From the NCBI GenBank assembly GCA_963693365.1, contig CAVNZM010000009.1, positions 7,483,408-7,547,407 of the forward strand: 64,000 bases of DNA, given 5' to 3'. Positions 28,488 to 47,146 of this stretch are shown one piece after another. The stretch is from Amoebidium appalachense. Taxonomy: Eukaryota; Protista; Ichthyosporea. Made by a program: the position numbers and the translations under genes. The notes below the pieces were generated by a model that saw only the letters and a program-made list of their open reading frames with translations, had not been told where the DNA came from and ran no database searches. Positions within the stretch are counted from its first letter, which is position 1. Each line of letters begins with the position of its first letter.

Positions 28488-29150
28488 TCTCTCTCTCTCT
28501 TTCTTTCTCTGCCCCCCCCCTCCCCCCCCCCCCCCCTGGCGCCCTCCCCCTCGCCCCTTTCCTATGGATGGGCTCTGCTTACTTTGCATACTGTGCGCCT
28601 TGCTGATGTTGCATACTTGAGTAATTGCTTTTGCCTGTGTCCTGCACCGTGTTTCTCATCGTATACTTGATCTTCGTATAGTGTTCCTCATTTCAAACTA
28701 CCGCGCTCCCTCCCCCCCCTCCTCCTCTCCCCTTCCCCTGCCCCTGTAAATGTGGATGACTTGGGGGGGGCCTGAGGATAGTTTTTCGTTTGATGGACTG
28801 TGTAAACCTGGGTGATATATAATGGTCTATGTGTGTGCTTTGTAATCTGTTTGGTGTCGTCCGTCGCTAATGTGTGCTTCGTGCTCCATAATGATTCACA
28901 CCCCACCTAGCACCCAACCGTATTCCCACCACCACCACCACACGCACCCTCTCTCTCCCCCACACACACCTCTGCCACGCACGCGGACACACGAAACACA
29001 ACGCGAGTGGTTTTGCTTGGTACAAGTGATCTGATGTATTGATGCTTTTGTCCTTAATTTTTATTTCCTGTTCCCATTTCCCCACTTTCTTCGTGGTTTG
29101 TGTTGATGGTGGTGCTGGTGGTGGTGGGCTGTCTTCCATTCCTTCCTTTA

Positions 29151-29195
<45 letters not shown>

Positions 29196-29437
29196 TTATT
29201 ATATTGTTGTTATTATTTTGGGCGCGGGGGGGGGGGGGGGGGGGGGGATGGGGGGGTGAGTGGGTGGTGTCGGGGGAGGGGGGGAGAGGGGAAAGGGGGG
29301 GGGGGGGGGGGGGGGAATGAGGCAGAGTGTGGAGGTGGGGAGGAAGAGGTGGTGGTGGGGGTGAGGTTGGGGGGGGGATAAGGCAGTGAAATGAAGGGGG
29401 AGGGGGGCAAGGGGGAAGGTTGGGTGGGTGTGTGTGT

Positions 29438-29478
<41 letters not shown>

Positions 29479-30468
29479 TAAGTCTTTATGTAATAGGCTT
29501 GAGAAGGATTGGCTTCACTTTCTAAAGATTTCTTTATAATACTTATCGCTGATTGAAACACTTGTCTTACGACGGGATTGATTGTGCACCGCTTTGACCA
29601 TAATTCAAGGCTAAGCAGAAATCCGGCAGTCAATAAAGTGCCATCAATCCGGAGTTCCATTTGAGGCTATATCTGGTTTTCCGGAGCTATTTATACAACA
29701 TTCCCGTTTTTTCCCGTTCTCACCAAATGTTGTCCGTTGACAGAGGAAGCAGGGGCCATTCCACCAGCATCTTCCCTTCACAATCCGGAAAACGCAATTT
29801 CCGCGGATTTTCGCCCCAGGCCCGGGGTAAATCCAGTCACACAGAGGCCCGTATATCAAATAATGCAACAAACGCCATCTCGGGGGATTCCCCCTTCACC
29901 CTCCCCAACACCACAATCACAGTCAAAAGGTGGCCAGACGAAAACGGTTGCCGGTGCGTCGGAGGGAGGCGGGGGTGCGGGTGCGGAGGGGGGTGCAAAA
30001 AGCGGATTTAAGATAATTATTCGAAAAGGAAGTCTTAGTGGAAATGTGAAAGGGGAGATTGGGGAAACGGGTTCGAATTCGATAATGGAGGAGGTGAAAG
30101 AGACTGAAAGTGGGGGGGAGGAGGAGGTGAGAGAAGAGAATTCTGCAAATGGGGAGGAGCCTCAGGGGCCGAGGGGAGGTGGCGGTGAGAACGAAAATTC
30201 AAAGGGGGGCTTAATAGGTGAGGGCAGAGAGGCAACGTCTATGGAGGATGGTATTGAAAACGACATAATTGGTGGGGTTATGGAAGAATCTGGCAGGAAT
30301 TTGTCGGAAAATTTAGGAAACAATTTGATGGAATGCGGCGATGTTGGGACGGAAATGGCTGGTGAGGGGTTGGAAGGAGAAGGGGAGCAGGGGCATGGCG
30401 GGGTGGATGAGGGGGAGGAGGGGGGGCAAATGAATTTGGACTCGGAGTCGGAAGTAGACGTGCTGTAG
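26489..30468 (+). CDS. Three-exon gene (26489-26597, 28265-28399, 29744-30468; 322 aa) with a BCL7-N-like motif and a long acidic low-complexity tail
   Basis: Both introns are GT-AG phase 1 and join in frame. Exon 2 gives RRGRKWVKRLVNVPTIDGTFQTFMWVA, resembling BCL7 [24 protein letters not shown]. The gene model is solid; the family call is tentative. Confidence 0.7.
27825..28078 (+). repeat. Dispersed ~250-bp intronic repeat family, copy C (diverged)
   Basis: gcataagcaatcgtgcttgtctctgaacaagacgggcgac...ggtatctgaatcgggtttcg aligns to the reverse complement of 22870-22960. Confidence 0.75.
28566..28680 (+). repeat. Dispersed intronic repeat family, copy D (3' part)
   Basis: ggatgggctctgcttactttgcatact matches ggatgggctctgcttattatgcatact in copy B. 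Confidence 0.65.
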
Positions 30469-30503
30469 CTTCAATGGCTGTGTGGGCTGCGACGCCGTGT
30501 TTT

Positions 30504-30563
<60 letters not shown>

Positions 30564-30784
30564 TCTTTGTCTGTTTTTTGTTTTTTGTTTTGTTTTGCCC
30601 TCTCCTTTCCCTCCCTGAAGATTTTGCAGGCTTTGGTGTTAATTTAAACTCCAGGTCCGTCGTATGTTGGTATGATAATGGGGATGTATGGGTGGTAGCG
30701 GTGGTGGGTTTTGTGCATGTCTGTGTCCCACTGTATGTGTGTGCGTGTGTGCGTGTGTGCGTGCGTGCGTGCGGTGGTGGCGGT

Positions 30785-30834
<50 letters not shown>

Positions 30835-31068
30835 GCACGTGGGAAGGCGCCCTCAACGACAACAGCTTTTTCGGTGCCGACTCTCCTTTGAAGCGGTAAT
30901 CAACCTAGATCGTCTTCCTCCAAAAGCGAAGTTGCAGAGGTATTTAGGCTGACACTCTGGGTGCTGGCTTGGCTAGGAAACCGGCGTATGAAAATACGCG
31001 ATCGTCGGTGGGTTCGTCTATGTTGGACATTCTGCGTGTCCACTGAGAGAGAGAGAGAGAGTGTGTGT

Positions 31069-31109
<41 letters not shown>

Positions 31110-31385
31110 TGGGAAGGGGAGGATGGGGGGTGGGAAGGGAAGATGTCCTCAATGCACGAATGTTCACTTTTCGGTTGTGGTGTGGGATTATGTAGTTTCA
31201 TGCTCTGAATTTGCTCTCTAAATGTGTTTTTGTTTCCTCGCTGTGGTAGAGCAAGCCTATTTGGAATTGGAGTAATTAATAAGTGACCGCGATTGATCTC
31301 GTATACCCGACGCTTTTTGCCTAAATAAAGCACCATTTGTTTATTACTACATGTGCCTGTGCACATGCACGTGGTGAACACCACC

Positions 31386-31582
31386 GGTCTCACGATTGTG
31401 TGTATAATTGCCGAGGGTTGCACACATGGGTGTTATTGTGCTCTATCTCACAATGACTGAGGTCTCACGATTGTGTGTATAATTGCCGAGGGTTGCACAC
31501 ATGGGTGTTATTGTGCTCTATCTCACAATGACTGAAGCTATAAGGCTCATGAGCGCATTATGACTGAAGCTATAAGGCTCAT
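31386..31582. repeat. Perfect 75-bp tandem duplication followed by a short duplicated unit
   Basis: ggtctcacgattgtg...cacaatgactga at 31386 and 31461; atgactgaagctataaggctcat twice. Confidence 0.92.
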
Positions 31583-31941
31583 TAATATAAGTTGTGATAA
31601 CTGATATATAGATATTTTTACGTACAGATGCCGTCCACCATTAAGAACCCCCCCCAAAACGTGGTCGCGGTGCATATTCTTAAAGTTCATAAATATTCAT
31701 TCGTCTAAGACTTGCAAATTGGGTCAGCCCTGATTTAGTATGCATATGAAGTAGTTTGTGCCCGGATGGGTTGGCTCCAGCTAGAGTGGCAGAGCGTGAT
31801 ATTATGGATAGGATGAGCTGTAACCTTTTTTTCTTTTAATGTTCTGCTTGGCACAGCTACTTGGCACCGTTTTTTTCATAACTACTTCATATAAATACCG
31901 GGAAAACTCAACTTCAAAAACCGGTATTTTTAAATTATAAA

Positions 31942-34893
31942 TTACTTCTGGCCCATCTGCAGAAGCGGCGTGTCCTGCACGTCACGTTCAAAGTGGCCGA
32001 AATTCAGATTATACTTGCTAAACTCGTAGAATTGGCGTTCGCGGCGTGTAAATCCCTTAATCTTGGTGCAATCGTAGGCCTTGAACGATGACCCACAGAT
32101 GGCAGAGTGGTTGGCAAAGAGGGTGACGGTGGCACGCTTGGGCTTGAACATCTCGAACACCTGAAATAGCGGAAAACTTGGGGTGAGTGATAGCCAGATA
32201 TTACGGAAAAAGATAGCCAGATATTACGGAAAAAGTTGGAAAAAGTTGGAAAATGGAAGAATGAGGGGAGAAGGGTGCCCAAGATAGTGTGTCTGCCTGT
32301 GCAACGCGCGTGTGTTTGAGTGGGTGCACTTGTAATAGCAGAAACGCTGCTCTCTCTCTCCCCCTCTCCCCCACACACCACCACAACACACAAACCCCGT
32401 CCCGGTCTTTCCCGTACATGCACAATGTGTTTGTTTAAGTGTCTGTACCCAACTCACACCAAAATAAGACCAAATCAGGTGCCAATGTTTATCCTTCACC
32501 TCTCTAATGTGTCTGTCCACGCTTTATTCACTAAATTACCTTGTTGATCATCTCGGTGTAGTTGGGGAGGATGGCGTTGGTCTCAAAGCTCACGTAGGAG
32601 CAGCTACCCTGGGGGGTGATGTGGATGGTGAAGTAGGTGTCGTCCTTCAGACCGTTGACAGAGTAGCCGCATGGGTCGAACATGGCTTCGTCCGTGTTGG
32701 ACCCCGGAACGAGGTCGGCAATCCCTGACACCTGAAACAGGCAGAAAACACAAGGTTCAACCCAAAAACTCAAAAGTCGACTTAGCATATTATGCTAAGA
32801 CTTGAAGGCTCCAAAGATTGAGAAATTCTGTCAAACAAGAACTCTTTGCTATACGCCTCCTCAAACCCCCCCCCCCCTTCCTCTCCCATCCCCCCAGCCC
32901 AAAAAATCCTTGACGAGTAAACACATATTTACAACAATTTATCCAAAGAAACCACAAACAACAGCCTCCTCTCCGTAAATACGTAACTACAGCCATAAAT
33001 AAACAATTAAATTTACAACAATTTATCCAAAGAAACCACAAACAACAGCCTCCTCTCCGTAAATACGTAACTACAGCCATAAATAAACAATTAAATCTTC
33101 ACCCAATCAACTGAAAGCAAACATATACGGCAAAACGCAGCACTGACTTTTTTATTACCTCGGTGACGTGCTTTGCGCTGATGAAGTAGTCGTTCTTGTA
33201 GTACAGCGCCATGGCCTCGGGGTCGAGGTCCATCATCATCACCTCTGCAACCAATCACGTGCTTGCGTTAATACCTTGCCTTTGGCTAACGAGGAATATT
33301 TGTTCGTTATGTATAGATATCTGGTTGCATGCTTCGTAGTAAAAACATTCGGCTAATAACCATAAGAAGGGTACCCTCAGAATAAGGGGGGGGGGGGGAT
33401 ATAAGAATTCAAAACAAATCAGATGCACACCAAATAAAGCCGCACCAAGCAGGATCAACTCGCACTTGAGTATGAGTGTGAGTGTGTGCATATCGTTTTT
33501 TTGGGGGGGGTTGGGAGACGGGGGAAGGCACAGAGAGTGTGCGAGAGAAGGCAGCAAGGAAAACAGGGAAGACACAGGATAGCAGGGTGGGGAGGAGATG
33601 GGAAGGGGAGTTAGTGAAAGGAGGGGTGACGAATACCACGAGGGTGGTCAACACAGAGGCAAAGACACAAACAGGCTCAAAAAAAGGAGAAAAATATGTG
33701 TGTGTTTTTTGTTTTTTTTTTGGTGAGGGGGAGGGAGGGGGGCAGGGGAGGAGAATAATATATACCAAGGGTCTGGTCAGCAAAGGGCTTCTCGGTCTCA
33801 GGGCGGTCGAGGGTGTAGAGGTACCAAACATCCCCGTTGAGCCGCCCAAGCACATATGCTGCACCGTCTGAAAAAACAAATACGTCAGCCAAGTGAGATC
33901 ACCAGCAATGGAGTGTGATCGATTTTACGGTCCGGGATACATCTTGACAAGGCTACAAGGTGTCACCTTGCTCATGTATCACAGTAGCCCTTCTACCAAA
34001 TCATTTGCAAGTTCCAAGACTGATATTTGCACTCACCAAAATACTTGTCCAGGTAGCGAACCTCGTCATCAAAGCTGCGGTGGGGGTACTGCTGGTCCTC
34101 GGGGACCAAAAAGTTGCGCCGGGAATAGAAAATATCCTGGATGCGTGTACGATCCCTTCCGCAGATGCGCTGGGCAAGCTCCATGAGACGGGGAACGGCA
34201 GGGAGGAGGGTTGTGGTGCCGCACGTCTTAATGATGAACTTGTCATCGAACACGAACATGCTGCTCTCACTCAGCACGTAAGAATCTGCCTTGCTCTGGC
34301 TGCTACCACCGATGATGGTGCACTTCACCAGAGCGCAAAGGTCTTCGAGCTCCATACGGGGGATGACGCGAAGGGACTTTTCCTCACCCTCAACTGGCTC
34401 GTACCAGATCTGCACAGAATATATCAGCATAGGTTACAAGCAAAAGTATAGTGCTGGAGTGTGAAGGATGCCCCGGTATAGTGCTGGAGTGTGAAGGATG
34501 CCCCGCCATTTGTACTTCTCACGTACATACATCAACGATCCCCATCCTAGCCATGGCTAAATTTCCCTTCTTCCCCCTGAACGGATCTTGTTCGGCTAAC
34601 GCCACGCTATCTATTCAGCGCATTTCTTAGATCGACTCCCGAAAACGATAATCGACACCATTGCCAATCGTGACCAAAACCATCCACGTGTCCTTCCACG
34701 TGGCGCCTCCCTGAGCTGTGCACATAAGCACTAAGCCTACCAGGCCGATGCGAGAACAGCACATGATAATAAATTTTAGCGCACATACCTCCAAAAGCTT
34801 CTCAGTTCCCTCGAAAAACCCAGGGTCCGGGAGGCTGTCCTGGCGGGCGACAGCTCGCTCTTGGGTGAGGTTGCCAAGACCGTCGAATGTCAT
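31942..34893 (-). CDS. AMD1: S-adenosylmethionine decarboxylase proenzyme; exons 34893-34789, 34409-34037, 33867-33766, 33244-33159, 32731-32540, 32160-31942; 358 aa
   Basis: [10 protein letters not shown]|[14 protein letters not shown] (autocatalytic pyruvoyl site), [43 protein letters not shown]; five phase-consistent GT-AG introns. Confidence 0.97.
32927..33096. repeat. 84-bp tandem duplication in SAMDC intron 4
   Basis: atttacaacaatttatccaaagaaacc...cataaataaacaattaa at 32927 and 33011. Confidence 0.93.
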
Positions 34894-34966
34894 TCTGACA
34901 GTTTTGCTCGTACGAACAGGCACAAAGAAGAAAGATTAGAGATTATTGGAACAGCCGTGGTGGGTG

Positions 34967-35130
34967 CTATCCACAGAGCTGCCGGCTGCGAACAGTGGAA
35001 GTTTCAACGTGAATTGTGGACGAATGCATGTAGAGGGGGGTGCCTGAAAGGTCAGGCACGCAAAAACATAAAGTTTCCAACGAAACAAAGAAAATGACCG
35101 CGCGAGGGCATGTGGCCAAGTCTTATAGGT
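34967..35130 (-). promoter_or_regulatory. SAMDC leader: TATA-like box, uORF1 MFLRA* (35069-35052) overlapping an 8-bp hairpin, and uORF2 of 20 aa (35029-34967)
   Basis: TATAAGA near 35121-35127 on the minus strand; GTGCCTGA-CCTT-TCAGGCAC perfect stem at 35059-35040; uORF2 MHSSTIHVETSTVRSRQLCG*. The TSS is inferred, not observed. Confidence 0.55.
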
Positions 35131-37580
35131 GGCACTCCTGCTGCCTGGGATGGCATGCGATACGGAGGAGGGCAATTAGCCTCAATGCAAAAATGGCACA
35201 ATGTATTAGGCAAGGTGCTCTTGAGACTCAACCTTGTAAGTCTTCCTCGTAGTATAAGAAGTATCCCCATTACCATTAAATTTTAGTGTTCTCTAAATAC
35301 CGTAATATTTTTAGATCACATATACATCATCATGAAGTACAAACTGGTGTTCGTGGCTTATAATTTGAGGGGCTTGTTTTGATGATGATTTACCCCCCTC
35401 GGTGACTTTGCTTTTGGGCCTTGGCTGCGCCAAAAAAAGAAAATCGGATCACAATTTGACAAAAGTTCCTGAAAGTTTGCGAGGAGGGCAAAGAGAAATA
35501 AAATATAAAAGCGCTGCTTGTTTCACGATTAGACTCTAGAAACATCTAAAATTGCCGTATATTTTTTTCAAGAAAGCTATCTCTAACAATAAGCCGCTCA
35601 TTAGCAGGAGGTTGACCGCAGAAAATGGTCATGCCATGGAGTACTTAGGCCTGAAGTGGTTCGGGAGCAGCCAATCATCGCCAACCGACCATGTGATTTA
35701 GATTTCAGAATGTCCTAGGATAATATAGTTGAAACACCTGTTGGGTCAAGTATATATTAAAACATTAAGTTCATTTCGCTTGCTTGTTGATATTTTTTAT
35801 GTCTATATTGAAAATATGGTTTTTTTAAAGGCAACATGAACTGTTGCTTTAATTGTTGATACAAATACCCATATCACGGTTCCTAATTGGCACTTCAGAT
35901 GTACCAATTAGCAGGTCCTGACATTTTTGGAGTCTGAACAAAAGTTATGTGTAGTTATGCATACAGCTGTCTTCAAATTTTTAAGGAATTTTAATCACAA
36001 TAGCTTTATTTTTCTTTATTTACAAGGTAATACACTCTAATACTCTTGAATTAACTATTGTTTTCAGGGTGGCTTTGCGTAACTACAGATGCGTTGTACC
36101 AACTCCGATTGGTCGGGAGTTTACTCGCATTTATTCGCTAACAAAAAGATGACTCACCGTAGCTCCATCTATATTACATAGAGCCCCCTGAAAACCAAAT
36201 TCAGCTATCAAGACAAAGTCGATAAAGTTCATACATTGAAGCGCTCAAGAAATTCATAGCTTTCATATACGACAACTCACTTTTCTATTTTTATTAATTT
36301 CCGGCATATTCTAATCGGTTTCTTGGTACAATCAATGGCGAAACATGCTTCTCTTTCAAAGTTGCAATTTGAAAAGCAAAAATCCTAATGATGTCGCTGT
36401 GTAGGGAGTACCGTCGCCGCCGGCCCGGACCAAGAAGCAGTGGGTTCGCCTCCCGCCGCGGCTGCAATTATAATATTTTTCCCTATAAAAAATGTAAAAC
36501 TTTTTTTTTTATGCTCCACGTTTTTTCTTTTTCATGTGTGGGTGTAGGTTTTCTAATATTCGTTAGTCGTTAGTCGTGATTGATAGAACTCGAAGCAGCT
36601 AAGCTTCCATCACTCAATTTTATATTCCGAAGATACTGCCTTTTGATTGGTAGATCCGGTGTTATTCGCATCCACGTGGTCGGTCGGACTCGGTCCTATA
36701 GCCAGAGAGCCACAGCCGGATGTAAGGGGTCTGTATAAATCAGAGTAATAATAGAAAAAAAGAACGTATATAATGACGTTCGCCACCATATACTTCTATC
36801 AACTTTTTTATTGAAAAGCCCAACTATTCTCGTTTCAGCAAACACAAACACCAGGGTCGTGTTTTACTTGACGTCAGTGGTGCCGATTCAATGTGGCGCC
36901 AATCGATCGGAAAATGGCGCGAACAATCAAATACCGCCGAGGCTATGTACACGTGCGCAGCGGTCACGTGTTCCCTCGTGTCTGCAAGTGAACGTCGGCG
37001 CGCGGCGCGGCCGCGCGGGGCGAACATTCAGTTGAATATAATCACTTCCAGCTACTTTAAGACTTACAAAAAAAACCCAGTGCCATTTACCTAGCCTACG
37101 TCTTTCGATCTCTCCCTTTGTACAAACTCCATCTGTGTTTCGCCATGCGTCATGCCTGTGTCAGTTCAATTTCTCAAGGTGGTCGTCCTCGAGAGAGGCC
37201 CATGAATACAGAATTGGTGCCTTAAGGGCCTCCTTGCACTTCTCCTTGCACGGTCAGAGCACTTTGAGAAGCTTTTGCCTGGGTCACGCGCACTTGCGCA
37301 GGCGTGCACAAACGCCTTCCTTTCCTCCCCATACACCCTCTCCCTCTTTCTCATCATCATTGATCTCTCGCTCTCCTCTCTCCCTTCCTCCCTCCCTCCC
37401 TCCCTCCCTCCCTCCCTCCCTTCCCCCCTTTCCCTCCCTCCCTCCCTCCCTCCCTCCCTCCCTTCCCCCCCTTCCCTCCCTCCCTCCCTCCCTCCCTCCC
37501 TCCCTCCCTCCCTCCCTCCCTCCCTCCCTGAGGCCTCTCTCGCAAACCTCTCTCTCTCTCTCCCTCCCCCCCCCCCCCCT

Positions 37581-37616
<36 letters not shown>

Positions 37617-37675
37617 GAGCTCTCTGCCTCATCCTCTCCCTCTCCCTCCCCCTCCCCCCCCTCTCTCTCTCGCTT

Positions 37676-37758
<83 letters not shown>

Positions 37759-38002
37759 ACCCCTCTCTCCCTCTCCCTATTGCTTCCCTTTCCCCCCAAC
37801 ACCCTCTCTCTTGCGCTCTCTCTTTCTCTCTCTTTCTCCCTCCCCCTCTCTCTCTCTCTCTTTGTCTCTCTCTCTCTTTCTCTCTCTCTCTTCTCTGTCT
37901 CTCTTTCTCCCTCCTTCCCTCCCTCCCCCCCCCCCCCCCCCCCTCTATCTCTCTCTCTCTCTCTCTCCCCCCCCCCCCTTCTCCCCGAAGCTCTTGTCCA
38001 TT

Positions 38003-38040
<38 letters not shown>

Positions 38041-38569
38041 CACACACACACACATGATAAGTCTGTATAAATATGCGATATATACTATATATACTATATA
38101 TATATGATACATATATATATGTGTGTGTGTGTATGTACAATATATATACTATATCGGATATCATGATGTATATGTGTGTGTGTCACGGTGTGTGTGTATA
38201 CACTATTAAACCCCCAGCCCCACCCTCTCTCCCTTTTTTTCTCCCATTAATTCCTCCCTCTCTCTTTGCCCCTCTTCCTCCCACGTCTGTCTCTGTCCCA
38301 AGTATAGTGGGACCCCCCAACTCACCCAACAGTGCCTATTGTTTAGTCTTTTTTGGGGTTTCAGGGGGCTCTATCTGGCTTTCTCTCAGGCATACGCACA
38401 CACACTCTCCTTGTCCCTCCACCGCTCTCTCCCTTTCCGTCCCTCTCCCACCCTCCTTCTCTCTCCCTCTCTTTTCTCTCCTCCTCCTCCTCCTTCTCCC
38501 CAACCCCCCCCCTTCCTCTCTCTCTCTCTCTCCTCCTCCTCCTCATCCCCCCCCCCCCCCCCCCCCCCT

Positions 38570-38714
<145 letters not shown>

Positions 38715-38990
38715 CCTCTCTCTCTCTCTCGCACACACTCTCTCTCTTTCCCCTCTCTCCCTCCCCTCTCTCGTATTCTTATCTGCCCCTTCTCATGGCC
38801 CAACAATGCCCCAACATCCTCCGTGGTCGGTCTAGATACTCACCCACTCAAGTTCACCCACGTTCCCCTCACCTCCCCTTACCTTACCCTCTCACCTCAA
38901 AGTTTGAAAGTTGTCCGGAACCGCAGACAATCCCACCCCCCCCCCCCCCCCCCACCACCACCACCACCACCATCCACCCACCCACCGGCC

Positions 38991-39031
<41 letters not shown>

Positions 39032-39188
39032 CGCGTTTTGTCACCACATCCTGTTTTGTGTTTCTGTTATATTGGTATTGGGAACCTAAGTGTGCCATTA
39101 TTGAAACTTTGAATATTGAGAGTACTCTGAAAATGCCGTGTGTATAAAAGTCTGAACCCTGTTTCCCGGGTGGGCGGGCGGGCGGGAA

Positions 39189-39224
<36 letters not shown>

Positions 39225-39485
39225 CTGTTGGGCATATCTCGGGATCTGTGCAAGTTAACGTTATGTTGTCTAGCCATGTATGTACTGTACTGTACTATTA
39301 GGCGCCCCTTTAAATTGAATTCTGCTGGCCTGGTGCCGGTACCTAATAAATAGGCAGCTTTATAACTGTATGTCCTTCGCAAGATGTCAATGATAATAAA
39401 AGAGCACATTTCCCCCTTAGATGTCGATACTACGACTCTTGAAAAAGGGGCCCAAGGCCCACCGACTTCCTGACTCGGATATTAA

Positions 39486-39521
<36 letters not shown>

Positions 39522-39783
39522 CTGTTTAGTGCGGCTAGCGCTAACTTATATGTACAAGCTCGAGGTGTCTCGAGCTTTTTACAGGCTTAATTGTTCGTGC
39601 AGACGTACATTTGCAAGTGACTGTTGATGTACTACGTACATAGCATTTTTGAATACATCGGTCACTCACTGGAAGCTTCAGCTATTTCAATTTTTTTTAG
39701 TTTTAATAGTTCGGAACACAGAGGTGACAATTCCGCGATCAATTTCACAAATGTTTATGGGTCCCCCAACTCGGAACTGTATC

Positions 39784-39818
<35 letters not shown>

Positions 39819-40267
39819 TCCCCCCCCCCCCCCTCCCTCCCTCTCCTCACCACCACCACCACCACCACCACCACAACCACTGCCACCACCAACACCAGAT
39901 ACCACACACACACACGTGCACATGTACACACACACACACGTGCACATGGTCACACACGTACACAAGCACAGACACACACACCGTCACACACACACACACC
40001 GACGTCACACACACACACAGACACACACTACACACACACGCACACACATATACACACACTTGACACAAGAATATCCACACTCTGGCACCCCAGTTATCGT
40101 GGTCTGGAAATACCTGCACAGATCTAGACAAGCCCGTTCTGTTAGGGGTACTGTCGTCAGTGACATGGCTCACCGCGGCTAACTTAGTAAAAAGGTTATA
40201 CTTCAGTGACGGTGACGGCGTGTCAGAATGCTGACTAGGGCACGGTGTACTTGGAAAATAACAAAAC

Positions 40268-40312
<45 letters not shown>

Positions 40313-41647
40313 TAATACGATATATATATATATATATATGATATATATAATAGTATACACACACACATATATATATATATTCATTTATATATCTCCGCAT
40401 ATGATTGGTCGCTAAATTAAAGCGTGCTTATTGGCCACTACAGATGCATCCACACGTCCAGCCAGCCCTGAAGTCATCTCCCCTGTGACTCACCAAGTTG
40501 AAAAAATAAAAAAGCCGGAATATATCGCTGATATATCCCCATGTATATGGCAATCATGCATGGCACATGCACTGTGACGTATGTGGCAGATCTGCCATTT
40601 TGTATGGTTCGATCATTATGACGTGTAACATCTAATTAGGCCTACATTTGAAGGGCCCAACCATATCAGTATTAGGCCCAACGCACAGATACACACACAC
40701 CCGGCCTGGTGCGACAAGCACACGTGTATAGGCCTCCACAGGAAATGCTTGTATGCATGTCCATGCACACTTCTGAATATCAAGTCTACATGTAGACTAC
40801 TGAAGGCCTGGCGGAATGGTGGAGGGGCGGGGGATGGGGGAACGCGCGCGCGCGGGGGGGAGGGGGGGGGGGGGGGGGAGGGGGGGGGGGGGGGGGGGGG
40901 GATGTCCATCACACCAACTTGTGAACGGCCGGTACGTACACCGAGTACTGAACAACTTGTGACGTCGCTGTGTTGACAATATAAAAAGCATAAATTTCCT
41001 ATGTAGATAAACATTACAGCATATATGTCCCCTACCGCCCTACTGTATATATCTTCCCATCATTCATGCAAAGGATATCCAAAATAACCTCGGTTTTTTC
41101 TGAACTCGCTTCTTTCCAGTTAAAAATATAAGAACTACACCAGGGATTTGTTGAGTCAAACGTGACAAACATTCCATTAATCATAGCGATATTAATGTCA
41201 AACATCACCATACGGGACAACACAATCATCCTAACACCAGGATCCCCCCCCCCCCCCCCCCCCCCTCTCCCCTCCCCCAACCCACCTCATCAAAAGTTGC
41301 ATTCGAAAATGCCAATCTGATAACAGACAAAAAACAAAAATAAATCAAAGGAGCAGGAAAACAAAAAAACAAAAAAAAAAAAAAAAGGGGGGGGGGGGGG
41401 GGGGGGGGGGCATAATGTACAAACTTTGAAACACACATTTTCTGACCTCATCATCAAAACATATGCTTCAGGAGAGCCTGAAAAGCCTTTTGCCTCGTAG
41501 TGTAGCCTAAAAACGCACACCGCAACATAAAATTTTCGCCCCCCACCGATCCACACTTTTCCATTATTTCCTCCTTCCTCCGTCACACAATACACATATC
41601 TAGAGATTTTTTGCCCACAGTGTAGCCTAAAAACGCACACCGCAACA

Positions 41648-46618
<4,971 letters not shown>

Positions 46619-47146
46619 CTTTGATCACGAACAACGGAACAGGTGATTGAGTTCAAATACTGATGTTTATTATAGACTATAGTCCCAAGCAGCAGTAATG
46701 CTTTTAAATCTTTGACTACATACTATTCCGAAGTGTTTATGCAATGATAAACATAAATATGTGTGGTTGTCTTTTTTAAAGTTACAGCGAAAATGGTGTG
46801 TGGGCAGACTCCAAAATTTTGAGTTTCTGACTGCAGGCTCTTCTTTTGTCTTTTTGTCAAACAGCAGGGATTACGCAATCCATTCCCAGGGTAGGAAAAC
46901 CGATTGTACCAATCGAAGCGATTGTTTTTAAAGTTCATCGTCGGATAATATTTCAGGTATCACCAACTGGGCCAGGCTTCCAGGCGAGTCGACGGCCAAG
47001 GCCTCCTATTTAGCTACCACCTACTGAGGTGGTGTCTCCTTTTTCCTTTTCTTTTTTTTTTTTTTTTTTTTTTTTTGCAAAAAGCCGCCACAAGTAGATG
47101 TATAACGTCGCACGTGCGGCAACACGTCAGTACGTGTTAGCCTGTT

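Noticed and set aside
31760-31800. tRNA/SINE-like A box (agctagagtggcagagcg)
   Set aside because: No B box or cloverleaf follows, so a tRNA cannot be supported.
31900-31944. Vertebrate-style AMD1 stop-codon readthrough tail
   Set aside because: The stop is TAA followed by AT-rich sequence, without the UGA-CUAG type readthrough context.
37250-37260. In-frame TGA as selenocysteine
   Set aside because: No selenoprotein context or recognisable SECIS; a CGA-to-TGA decay or non-coding sequence is more likely.
39410-39490. Small inverted repeat cccccttagatgtcga / tcggatattaaggggg as a MITE
   Set aside because: Short, imperfect and partly driven by G/C runs; no second copy seen.
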